NCBI GenBank assembly: GCA_046498495.1
Contig: JAWOAQ010000252.1
Coordinates: 1 to 56,058, forward strand
Reading direction: 5' to 3'
Length of the DNA: 56,058 nucleotides
Source of the DNA: Salinibacter sp.
GTDB taxonomy: Bacteria > Bacteroidota > Rhodothermia > Rhodothermales > Salinibacteraceae
The position numbers and the translations under genes are program-made. The notes beneath the pieces were generated by a model. It did no database searches. It worked only from the letters and a program-made list of their open reading frames with translations, and had not been told where the DNA came from. Of the stretch, positions 39,539-48,502 are shown piece by piece (the stretch's first letter is position 1; the number at the start of each line of letters is the position of its first letter).

Positions 39539-42073
39539 TCAATTGAGGGACCGGGCCACGACGACGGGCTCCTTGTACTGTGCGATGGTGCCCTCGTCCG
39601 TCCGAACGGCCTCGAACAAGACCACGTAAATGCCGACGCGGACTCGATTCCCTTCCCCGTCTCGTCCGTTCCACACGAGAGTGCCACGGCGGCCTGATAG
39701 ACGCGCCTCTTCCAGCGTCCGCACCTTTCGGCCCCGGGCATCGTAAATTCGAACGCGGACCAGATTGGGCTCACCGTCCAGCCGATACTCGATGCGAGTG
39801 CCGCCGTCTTGCTCAATCGAAAAGGGGCTGGGGGCGATGGTTAGGCCATCCGCTTCGGGAGAATCGTTGTCGCCGGAGTGTGATACGCTGTTTTCGCGGC
39901 CCGGCGTCCCGCCCGGTGGTGCGGTGCTGCTGGTCCAGTTGTCAGCGGCGTTGGCCCGGCCGTCGGGACTGATACGCTCCAGGGCGGTGCCGGTGGGATC
40001 GTCCAGGGCAGGGGCGTGCCAGTCCGGTCGATACGAAACGCGAGCAACGAGAGCGGTATCGGCGCGGTGAACACGAACCTGGCCGCCGGTGTTCGTAAGT
40101 CCGATCTGAGGGCTAACGACGGGAAGGAACGCGACGGAGTCGGCCGTGAGGGGGGCCTCGGGAAAGGCCCCCGCCAGTTGGCTCTCGGTCGGAGAGGAGG
40201 GAGCATCTGGAGCCGCCGCAACGAGAGCGTATCCATCTGGGACGAGGGAGCGGGGGCGGCCCGCCTCCAGAGTATCGGCGACGCCCTCTTCTGTGGGTCG
40301 GTCTGTGAGGCGGAGGCGGTTCAGCGTGAGCCGCCGGTCCGATCGGTTGAGCAATTCCACGTACTCGACCTGGTCGGGGGTGTCGTCGTAGGGGTCCGTG
40401 CGGGGAGCGTACATTATTTCGTTTACCACCACATCTCCCGAGTCGGGCTGAAGCGCCAGAGGGCGTGTGGATGATTCAAGCGTGTTTCCCACCCGATCCT
40501 TCACGTTCTGGATCTGAATTGTTGTCCCGGTTTTGGGAGCAGAGGGAAGCGAAAGGCGGGCCACGCTATCTGCTTGTAACTCAACGGACGACGGCGGGGT
40601 CCCGTCCACCTGAAACGCGTCGGGGGTGATGGATGCTCTCGCCACCGGCTCCGAGAAGTGGACGGCAGCGTCGCCCTGTGCCGTTTCCTCAGCGAGCCGG
40701 ACGCTGGGGGCCGTGCGGTCCGGGTCGTATTGACTGTTTTGGGCGCCCGGTGTGGCCCCGCGGGGGGCCGTTGACGAGGCGAAGGTCGACGCCGTGGTGG
40801 AGGGAGCGGCCGGGTCAATTCGTTCGAGCGACTGGCCGTCGCTGCCGCCCCATGCGGCGTCGTACGGGACGCGGTCGATCGTTGTCCCGGTGGGATCGTG
40901 CCGGACAAGCACCTCGTCGCCGCTGTTGTTCAGGGCGTCCCATCCATCAGGCGTGAGGAAGGAAACGTCCGGAAAGGCCGACACGAACGCGCTGGAATCG
41001 CGTGCCAATACGACGAAACTGTCCGGGCGGAGGGGCCGACGCGGAGTCGAGACCGGGGCAAAGTCGCGATCCTCATCTGCATAGGACAGTGAGCCCAGAT
41101 CGATGGGCTTTTCCGAACGGTTGTAGAGCTCGATGAACTCGTTGGAGGCGGGAAGGGGAGCATACATCACCTCGTTGATCACCACGTCTCCGGAGTCCGG
41201 TGGCGTGGTCTCCACAAACTCGAAGGTCGCCTGAGTTTCCGCCTGTACGTTTCCGCGACGGTCCGCAATGTCGACAGCTGTGAGCGTATAGGTCCCCGCC
41301 GAGAGCGGGGTTGACAGGACGCACGCAACCGTTGCAGAAGCGTCGGGGATCGGGGCCGCGGAGACCACTGTGGGGGCGTCTGGAGCGGGGATCGAGAACG
41401 AAGCGGCCGAAATACTCGAATCCGCGACCGGTTCTGAGAATTCTGCGACGACAGTGTCGCCCTTCGGGGTAGGGGTGGCACGCGTAAGGGTTGGGGCCGT
41501 GGTGTCGGGCGCATAGAGGCTGTTCTCTGCCGCCGGTGTGCCACCGGCGGCAGCCGTGCTTGTCCCAAAGTTTGATGCGCGATCGGACGGGCCCGCCGGA
41601 TCGATGCGCTCCAGGGAAGCGCCATCGTCTCCTCCCCAGGACGGGGTGTAGGAGACGACATCGAGGAGCGTCCCCTGATCGACATGGCGGACTTGTACGC
41701 GGTCGCCTCCGTTGTTCAGTGCATCCCAATCCGGTGGCACCAGGGGGGGAACCTCCGGAAACGCCGCGGCAAAGGCGGCCGAGTCTCGAGCAAGAACCAC
41801 GTAGGCACCGTCCGGGAGCAGCGTATCCGACGAGGCGACGGGTGCAAAGTCGTCGTTGGCGTCCGCGTATTCGAGCGCACCAAGATTCACCGGGTCCCCC
41901 GACTGGTTGTAGAGTTCGATATATTCGTTCGTTGAGGGCGTGGGGGCATACTGGATTTCATTGATGACCACGTCCCCCGAGTCGGGACTGGACTGTCCGA
42001 CACTCGGGGGCGGGAGTGCACTGCTCAGTAGAAGTCCCACCCAACATATGAAAACCACACCGAGACGAGACAT
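39539..42073 (-). CDS. Secreted protein with three lamin-tail domains, Ig-like spacers and FlgD-Ig/T9SS-like C-terminal domain
   Basis: Signal peptide; three SGDVV[IV]NE[IV][QM]YAP...[GA]TP...NS units; C-terminal VRIYDARGRKVRTL...WNGRDGEG...GIYVV. Confidence 0.85.
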   Translation of the reverse strand: MSRLGVVFICWVGLLLSSALPPPSVGQSSPDSGDVVINEIQYAPTPSTNEYIELYNQSGDPVNLGALEYADANDDFAPVASSDTLLPDGAYVVLARDSAAFAAAFPEVPPLVPPDWDALNNGGDRVQVRHVDQGTLLDVVSYTPSWGGDDGASLERIDPAGPSDRASNFGTSTAAAGGTPAAENSLYAPDTTAPTLTRATPTPKGDTVVAEFSEPVADSSISAASFSIPAPDAPTVVSAAPIPDASATVACVLSTPLSAGTYTLTAVDIADRRGNVQAETQATFEFVETTPPDSGDVVINEVMYAPLPASNEFIELYNRSEKPIDLGSLSYADEDRDFAPVSTPRRPLRPDSFVVLARDSSAFVSAFPDVSFLTPDGWDALNNSGDEVLVRHDPTGTTIDRVPYDAAWGGSDGQSLERIDPAAPSTTASTFASSTAPRGATPGAQNSQYDPDRTAPSVRLAEETAQGDAAVHFSEPVARASITPDAFQVDGTPPSSVELQADSVARLSLPSAPKTGTTIQIQNVKDRVGNTLESSTRPLALQPDSGDVVVNEIMYAPRTDPYDDTPDQVEYVELLNRSDRRLTLNRLRLTDRPTEEGVADTLEAGRPRSLVPDGYALVAAAPDAPSSPTESQLAGAFPEAPLTADSVAFLPVVSPQIGLTNTGGQVRVHRADTALVARVSYRPDWHAPALDDPTGTALERISPDGRANAADNWTSSTAPPGGTPGRENSVSHSGDNDSPEADGLTIAPSPFSIEQDGGTRIEYRLDGEPNLVRVRIYDARGRKVRTLEEARLSGRRGTLVWNGRDGEGNRVRVGIYVVLFEAVRTDEGTIAQYKEPVVVARSLN

Positions 42074-42316
42074 GGAGCGGCTCGGTGAACCAAAACGAAG
42101 TGGCGAGCGATCTGAAGTGGATTTTACACAATACGGAGCCCATGTCGTATCGTCAACTCCCGGCTCCTGCCATTCGGGGCGATTGCAGATCAGGGAAGGG
42201 GAGGGGCTGGAGGGAGCGTGCCGTCTCTATCGAACACCTCTGATCGAACCCCCGCCGGCCGGCCCTCCGGAGGAAGCGCCTGGACGGATTCGACAGGGAG
42301 GCCCGCTCGTGTCTAC

Positions 42317-43612
42317 TTAGGTGGGGTCGACCCGCCCGTTGTCCGCAGCCGAAAAGTCGGAGCGAACCGGATCGACATCCGCTGTCAGGTTCTTGGTGAG
42401 GTGATTGATCAAGACCCGCGCCATAAGTCGCGAGGTTGGGGCGAGGGGCGTCTCGTCGATGTCGAATCGGTGATGATGCAATGGGAACGTGGTGTCCGGC
42501 CCCGACGCGGTTCCCACGCGAATCAGGGCGCCCGGCACGTGCTTCAGATAATGGGCAAAATCTTCGCCACCCATGCTCGACTGGTCGATCCAGTGGATGG
42601 CCTGTTTCCCAAATGCCTCCTGAATCGTGGATTCCACGTTGGTAATCGCGGTGGCATCGTTCATGACAGGGGGCGAGCCGTCCTCAAACGAGAGGTTCAC
42701 GTGCGCGTCGTGCAGATCGCCAAACCGCTGGACCGTTCGGTGCATGTACTCGCGAATGGTGGTTCGATCCTCCGGAGAGACGGTTCGAAGGGTGCCACCG
42801 AAGGACGCCTCCTCGGGGATAACGTTATGCGCCTCCGCCCCGGCCATCCGAGTGGCCGTGAGGATGGCCGGGCTGCGGACATCCGTCACGCGATCGGCGA
42901 TCTGGTAAAACTGGTGCATGATTTGTGCCGCCACCCAAACGGTGTCGACGCCTTCATGCGGACGGGCGGAGTGGCCGGTGCCTTCCTGGCGCACGTAGAC
43001 GTCAAAGCGATCGGACGAAGCGGTGGCGGGACCAACGATGAGCCCGTAGCGCCCCACGTCCAGCGTCGGGTCGACGTGGATCGCGTAGGCGCCGTTGAGT
43101 CCTTCCAGCACGCCCGACCGAATCATGAGAGGGGCCCCGCTCGGGAGACCTTCTTCGTTCGGCTGGAAGAACACGCGCACCCGACCGTTAATCTTGTCTC
43201 GATGGGCGTCCAGGACCAGGGCCACTCCGATGGCGATGGCAGCGTGCGCATCATGCCCGCACAGGTGGGCCACGTTGGGCGTGCGCGAGCGATACGGGAC
43301 ATTCTTCTGATCCTGGGCAGGCAGCGCGTCAATGTCGGCCCGGTAGCCGACGGCCCCACCGGCAGCGTCTCCTTCAATGTCGACATAAAGCCCCGTGCCT
43401 GCGACCGGTCCGTGAACGTCCAGCCCATAGGCCTTGAGGGTGTTACGGATAAAGTGGGAGGTGTCGTGCTCGTTCATGCCCACTTCCGGATGCTGGTGGA
43501 GATGGCGCCGAATGGCAACCAGAAGCTGGGCAAGGGACTGCGGTCCCTCCGCAAGGTGGGTGAGCGCGTCGGGAAGAGCGGGGGCGTTTGTGGGAGAGAC
43601 AGTTGCGGTCAT
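42317..43612 (-). CDS. M20D family amidohydrolase
   Basis: RRHLHQHPE, RADIDALP, HLCGHDAH, FQPNEE, GHSARPH, GEDFA. Confidence 0.92.
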   Translation of the reverse strand: MTATVSPTNAPALPDALTHLAEGPQSLAQLLVAIRRHLHQHPEVGMNEHDTSHFIRNTLKAYGLDVHGPVAGTGLYVDIEGDAAGGAVGYRADIDALPAQDQKNVPYRSRTPNVAHLCGHDAHAAIAIGVALVLDAHRDKINGRVRVFFQPNEEGLPSGAPLMIRSGVLEGLNGAYAIHVDPTLDVGRYGLIVGPATASSDRFDVYVRQEGTGHSARPHEGVDTVWVAAQIMHQFYQIADRVTDVRSPAILTATRMAGAEAHNVIPEEASFGGTLRTVSPEDRTTIREYMHRTVQRFGDLHDAHVNLSFEDGSPPVMNDATAITNVESTIQEAFGKQAIHWIDQSSMGGEDFAHYLKHVPGALIRVGTASGPDTTFPLHHHRFDIDETPLAPTSRLMARVLINHLTKNLTADVDPVRSDFSAADNGRVDPT

Positions 43613-43720
43613 CGAAACAAGAGGTCGTTCGACACGAAGGACGCTGAGCCCTGCTGAGGCGAAACAGCAAGGGATACACGCAGAAGTGTACAGGTCACCG
43701 CAGCGTGAGATTCCAGTCGG

Positions 43721-45877
43721 TTATCGAAGGCCCAGTCGCTTGCGGAGGGTCCATTCCGTTGCCAGGAGGACAAGCAGGAAGGCCAATAAGGGCCATTGGC
43801 GCCACAGATCCGCCTCTGTAGATCGGGTTACAACCTCATCGTCGAAGGCGGCTGAGTCAGCGAGGTCGTCCGCAAAGGACGACAGCGAGGACGAATCGTA
43901 GGTACGGCCTCCGGATCGGCGGGCGATTTGTCGCATGAGGACCGGGTCGGCGCGGGGGGCCTGGTACTCGATCTGGAGTGCCCCTACGGAAAATGTGCCT
44001 TGATCGCGGCCGACGACGGATCCCGCCCGGCGGCCCACGGCTCGGTAGTCGTACGTTCCCTCTGGCAGCGAACCGATGTCGAGATCATACCGCCCGTTGC
44101 CCCCCGGCTCCATGACATGCGTAGACTCGGTCCCCGTCGAATCTGTGACGGTTACCTCAACCGCTGCCGTGTCGATAGGGGAGCGGCTTTCGTCGTACAC
44201 CCGACCTGTAAACCTGACTGGGGCATCGCCCTCAAATTGAGGAGAGACGGGACGGACCTGCACCTGTTGCTCATCCGGGTCCGTAGTGGTCCATCGAAGC
44301 ATATTGGAGACGATTCCGGGCCAGAGGGAATCCGCGGCGGAGAGCGACGGCGGGAGCGTGGCCCACCGGTGGGTCCCTGTTCCCAGGAAGAGGGCCGTCC
44401 GGTGCCCCGCCCGCGAGCGAAGGGCAAGGACCGGGAGATCTTCTCCATCCGAGGATGCTGTCGCGAGCACCTCAGCGTCCGAGGTCGGCGCCCAGGCCGT
44501 GGTGGGCACCTGGAGCGGCGGCAGATCCTCCAGGAGGTCCGGCGCGGCATCGAATTGGAAGATCGAGTGCGTCGCGGCGTCCTCCGCGAGGCGAACCGAC
44601 CGACTCGTTGTCCGGAGTTGGGAGCGAGACGGGCGCGCTGGCAGGACAGGGGCGAAGGCGTCCTCCCAGGCCCCCAGGTCCGCCTGCCGATCGAGAAAGA
44701 AAAGCCCAGGGGTTCCATCACGGAGCGTTTCGCCCACCCGGTTGACGTCCTCAGAGGGGGCAGGGGCGCTTGGGAAGCCCACCGTGACAATCGCGTCGTA
44801 GCGCGAAAGGGTATCGGGGAGCGAGCCCCCGTAGTAGGAGCCATCTTCGCGCGCAATCCGGGCGGTGAGGCGGGTGTCGGCTTCCTGCTCCAGGACGCGA
44901 CGCACGGCGGTGAGGGATGGGGACGGCGCGCCCCCCAGCACGAGCACCTGGCGTTTGCGGTCCCGTACCCGCAGGGACGTCGTCCGCTCGTTGTTGCGCG
45001 TCGTGGCCTCGCCGGGCACCGACGACACCTCCACAGTGAGAGGGGTGAGCCCGGCCTGTTGGGGACGAAACGACAGGTCGACCGGCACCTCGGCGGTCCC
45101 GCCCGGCAGACGCACGTCCGTTTCCGCAACCAGGGAGTCCCCAGCGCGAAGGGCAACCTGCACAGATTGTGCGTCAATCTGTTCGGCCTGAAGGGTGGCG
45201 CGCACCGGAACCTCGGAATCCGTGTACCCCACATCGTTTGTTTCAAGGCGCCGAACACGCAGGTCCTGTTGGCGCGATGTATCGCCGACCGTCACCGTAT
45301 GAATGGGCACGGGATAGCGCTCGGCCACCCGGAGCGGACTCGCCCCAACGTTGTACTGCCCGTCTGAGAGTAAGACGACGCCCTTCAGGTTTTCCTCGGA
45401 CATTTCCGCTGGGACCTGTTCGAGGGCGGCCGCGATGTTGGTTCGCGTCCCATCGAACGCCAGGGAGTCGAGGGACGCCGACGGGAGGGAGCGCAGGTCT
45501 CGATCAAAGAAAAAGCGCTGCGGGGTCCCGTCATTCGGAAGAGACGACACGGCAGGCAGGATCGACTCGAGGGCCGATCGAGCGGACTCCGGAGCGGCGC
45601 TGTCCGCATCGCTCGTCACCACGGGCAGGCTTTTGCTGTTGTCGATGAGGACAGCGAGACGAGGCGGCTGTGTGGTTTCGCTGACCTGCTGCAGCACCGG
45701 CTTTAGCAGGAGAAAGACCACAAGGGAGAGGCTGAGGAACCGGAGGCTGCCCAGGAGCAGCCGCCATTTGGGGGCGAGGGCGGGGACCGTCCGACGGTAG
45801 GTATAGTAGCTCAGTCCCGCTGCTACGACCAGCGCACCAGCCAGGAGCCAGGGAGAGGATCCGAGTGTGATCTGCAT
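43721..45877 (-). CDS. Membrane-anchored vWA-domain protein with Ig-like and GATase-like regions
   Basis: Two N-terminal TMs, MIDAS DNSKS..T..LLSDG, C-terminal TM ending EWTLRKRLGL. ATG at 45877. Confidence 0.78.
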   Translation of the reverse strand: MQITLGSSPWLLAGALVVAAGLSYYTYRRTVPALAPKWRLLLGSLRFLSLSLVVFLLLKPVLQQVSETTQPPRLAVLIDNSKSLPVVTSDADSAAPESARSALESILPAVSSLPNDGTPQRFFFDRDLRSLPSASLDSLAFDGTRTNIAAALEQVPAEMSEENLKGVVLLSDGQYNVGASPLRVAERYPVPIHTVTVGDTSRQQDLRVRRLETNDVGYTDSEVPVRATLQAEQIDAQSVQVALRAGDSLVAETDVRLPGGTAEVPVDLSFRPQQAGLTPLTVEVSSVPGEATTRNNERTTSLRVRDRKRQVLVLGGAPSPSLTAVRRVLEQEADTRLTARIAREDGSYYGGSLPDTLSRYDAIVTVGFPSAPAPSEDVNRVGETLRDGTPGLFFLDRQADLGAWEDAFAPVLPARPSRSQLRTTSRSVRLAEDAATHSIFQFDAAPDLLEDLPPLQVPTTAWAPTSDAEVLATASSDGEDLPVLALRSRAGHRTALFLGTGTHRWATLPPSLSAADSLWPGIVSNMLRWTTTDPDEQQVQVRPVSPQFEGDAPVRFTGRVYDESRSPIDTAAVEVTVTDSTGTESTHVMEPGGNGRYDLDIGSLPEGTYDYRAVGRRAGSVVGRDQGTFSVGALQIEYQAPRADPVLMRQIARRSGGRTYDSSSLSSFADDLADSAAFDDEVVTRSTEADLWRQWPLLAFLLVLLATEWTLRKRLGLR

Positions 45878-46013
45878 GAGGGCGGAACCGTTCGGGAGCG
45901 GACCGTGCGAGAACGGAGGGAGGATGGGAAAACCGTAAGCGGGAGGCACCGGGCGGTCCATCGCCTACGTTTACCAAGGGCGGTGCCCGTTTGGGAGCGG
46001 TTGTATTGGGGCG

Positions 46014-46976
46014 TCAGAGGTACGGAACGAGGAGATACATCATGTAGCCCACGAACCCCGCCAGGAGAAGCCCGCCGCCTGCCCGCGAGAGGCGGGCATT
46101 GTGCCAGGCAAGGAGACCGAGGAGCGCGCAAAAGGCCAGCATGATGGGGAAGTCGATCCGGAGGGCTCGGGGTTCTACGTCCAGAGGGGTAAACAGGGAG
46201 ATCACCCCGACCACAAACAGGACATTTAGCAGATTGCTTCCCATGACATTCCCCACAGAAAGGTCCCCTTTCGCCCGATAGGCGCTGACGACGGAGGCGG
46301 CCAGCTCGGGGAGGCTTGTGCCGATGGCAACAATGCTGAGGCCGATAATCATAGACGGAACCCCCAGCTGGTGCGCCATCCACGTGGCACTCCGGACCAT
46401 GAGGTGGGCCCCGACCCCCAGGGCAAGGGAGCCTCCGATCAAGGACAGCCCCTCTGCCCATGGGGGAGAGGTCCCATCGGCCGTTTGAACATCCTCTTCA
46501 AGTTCGTCCACGATCGGCACCGGGGCGGCCCGCCGTGTGTCGTAAAAAAGGTACGACGCCAATCCAATCAATAGGAGCACCATGATCACGCCATCGCCAG
46601 TTCCGATGGTGCCGTCCAGCGCGCAGACGTAAAACAAGACCATCACCCCGAGCATGATGGGGTACTCCCGGCGCAAAATTCCGGTCGTGACGGTGAGGGG
46701 GAGAATCAGCGCACTGGATCCCAGGATGAGCGCCACGTTTGATATGTTGGAGCCCACGATGTTGCCCAGCGCCAGGGACGACTCGTGCGCAAAGACGGCG
46801 AAAAAGTTGACCAGAAACTCAGGCATCGAGGTGCCGAGCGCCACCACCGTTACGCCCACGGTGCGGGCCGGGATGCCGTAGTGAAGTGCAAGGCCGGATG
46901 CCCCCTCCACGAGTCTTTCTGCTCCCACGTACAGCAGCCCGATGCCAACCAGAAACAGAAGCGCGTAGAGCAACAT
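46014..46976 (-). CDS. Calcium/sodium antiporter (YrbG/CaCA family)
   Basis: Two alpha repeats GTSMPE...GNIVGSN and GTSLPE...GNVMGSN. ATG at 46976. Confidence 0.93.
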   Translation of the reverse strand: MLLYALLFLVGIGLLYVGAERLVEGASGLALHYGIPARTVGVTVVALGTSMPEFLVNFFAVFAHESSLALGNIVGSNISNVALILGSSALILPLTVTTGILRREYPIMLGVMVLFYVCALDGTIGTGDGVIMVLLLIGLASYLFYDTRRAAPVPIVDELEEDVQTADGTSPPWAEGLSLIGGSLALGVGAHLMVRSATWMAHQLGVPSMIIGLSIVAIGTSLPELAASVVSAYRAKGDLSVGNVMGSNLLNVLFVVGVISLFTPLDVEPRALRIDFPIMLAFCALLGLLAWHNARLSRAGGGLLLAGFVGYMMYLLVPYL

Positions 46977-47027
46977 GTGGGGACGAGGAAAGAAACGCCG
47001 CTGGGCCGATTGAGGGGGACGCAACCG

Positions 47028-47843
47028 TTAGCTTTCATCGAGCAACGCCTGGCCCCGAAAGGAGCCCGGAAGCAGAGACGCGATCGGCACGTGTTCGGGC
47101 GCGTCGTCGTGCCGGTCCATCCAGAGTCCTACGTCGGGGAACTGCTCCATGATCAGCTGACGGCAGGCCCCGCAGGGCGTCCCCTCAGGATCCTCGGCGC
47201 AGGAGAGAAAGAGGCGCTGCGCCGGCGGGGCGTCGTACGAACAGACCGTGCCGAGCGCATTTCGCTCCGCGCAGAGGATGCGGGCCCAATCCGTGTGCTC
47301 AACGTTGACGCCCGGCACCAGACGGCCGTCAGAGAGCTCGAGCACCGCGCCTACATGGAAGTCGGAAGCCGGAACGTACGCGTGGGTGGCCACCCGGCGG
47401 GCATCGCGCACCCCGCGGGTGGGCTCGGAGATGGGGCCGGAAAGGAAGGGCGACAACGGCTCCGCGGCGGGCGAAATGGTCCCGTCGTCCAGCCGCGATC
47501 CCTTGAGCCACACGTCATCCGCATGGGCCTTATACGATCCGTAGGGCAACTCCTCCACGTACAGCCGTTCCTCGCGCCGGAAAGGGCGAGAGAGCGCGAA
47601 CGCGACGACATCGGCGGCACGTCCCCAGGTGACCGCCGTCGTGTACCCGTTGAGAAGCGCGGGAATCGTGAGCGAGTAGGAGGCGCTTTCCACGCGAACC
47701 CCAGGAATCCACTGGCCGTCGTCGAGAAGCAGAACGGCGGCGGTGGGCTGGCCGGAAAAGGGCACATGGGCCCGGGACGCAAGGGCCTCGGCACGGTCGC
47801 GAAGCGGAGCGAGAGAGGAAAGGGACGCCACAGGAGCGGGCAT
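47028..47843 (-). CDS. cdd: Cytidine deaminase, duplicated fold with catalytic C-terminal half
   Basis: The C-half has AYVPASDFHVGA, GVNVE, CAERNA and PCGACRQ. The N-half has AHVPFS and GVRVESASY but no Zn ligands. Confidence 0.85.
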   Translation of the reverse strand: MPAPVASLSSLAPLRDRAEALASRAHVPFSGQPTAAVLLLDDGQWIPGVRVESASYSLTIPALLNGYTTAVTWGRAADVVAFALSRPFRREERLYVEELPYGSYKAHADDVWLKGSRLDDGTISPAAEPLSPFLSGPISEPTRGVRDARRVATHAYVPASDFHVGAVLELSDGRLVPGVNVEHTDWARILCAERNALGTVCSYDAPPAQRLFLSCAEDPEGTPCGACRQLIMEQFPDVGLWMDRHDDAPEHVPIASLLPGSFRGQALLDES

Positions 47844-48182
47844 GGGACTGTCGAGAACAAAGACGGATCGCCCCTATTGGTGACAGCGGATGAAGGTTCC
47901 CCCGGGGACCGCAGGGGGCTGGCCGGGACGTCCGTAGCAGTACAGAACCAGTGCACGTCCCAAAAAGGCAAAGATTTGAAAATGAACGCAGACCGCGTGC
48001 CGCGTCGCAGACCCACGGACCAGCGCCAAATTCACAAAAACGGTGCCCGCTCCGGAAACAGGCCCCTGGGTCTCCGAGCACGGTTCTGTTGGTCGTACCC
48101 AATAACAGAGTTTGTTGCAAATCAAACTTGATACTTCCGCCCGGTCCCCGTATTTAGAATCGTACTTACGAACTCCATCCAC

Positions 48183-48343
48183 GCCCTCCGAGGCCGCGCT
48201 GTCGTGGCGCGGCGGCAGGCCCGCCCACGGGGCCTGTGCCACAGGGGAACACCGGTGCAACTCCGGTGCTGTCGCGCAACGGTCACAGCCCGAGTGCCTG
48301 CTCGGGGGCAGGTCCGCCCTTCTACCCGACGGTGAGAAGGGTG
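48183..48343 (+). ncRNA. Cobalamin riboswitch, compact class-II-like, in the nrdJ 5' leader
   Basis: Core CAGG-GGAA-CACCGG-TGCAACT-CCGGTG-CTGTCGCGCAAC-GGTCACAGCCCG-AGTG-CCTG (48242-48300) matches the cobalamin aptamer pattern (P3, T-loop P4, P5, short P6). P1 is 48183-48192/48301-48309. P13 is CCCTTCT/AGAAGGG (48317-48323/48335-48341), with loop CGAC complementary to L5 GTCG. Confidence 0.85.
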
Positions 48344-48449
48344 CCCCCACGCGTCCTGGGGGACAAGGGCCGGAATATGTGGAGCTGGGCAGGCGTCCCG
48401 TGGTCCCGGTGGCCTCTTGCTCGCCCGCCCCTTCCCCTTCCGCTCGGTC

Positions 48450-48482
48450 CCTTCGCGACGCTGGGGCGTCCGAAGGCTTTTT
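48450..48482 (+). terminator. Leader attenuator hairpin (probable riboswitch expression platform)
   Basis: CCTTCG-c-GACGC-tggg-GCGTC-CGAAGG followed by CTTTTT, ending 20 nt before the nrdJ ATG. Confidence 0.65.
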
Positions 48483-48502
48483 CATTCCAAGGCACGCAGC
48501 CC

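Noticed and set aside
42218-45367. Long antisense ORFs (42218-43657, 43928-45367; likewise 23410-24765, 46785-48131, 48482-49600, 21983-23023)
   Set aside because: They are shadow frames opposite well-supported genes, with no recognisable motifs.
48060-48400. NrdR boxes upstream of nrdJ
   Set aside because: Only a weak partial resemblance (AATATGTGG near 48374) and no tandem palindromic pair.
48236-48502. 89-aa N-terminal extension of NrdJ from GTG 48236, and the overlapping 48112-48624 ORF
   Set aside because: They run through the riboswitch and attenuator and translate to Pro/Arg-rich text unlike the acidic proteome. ATG 48503 is the plausible start.
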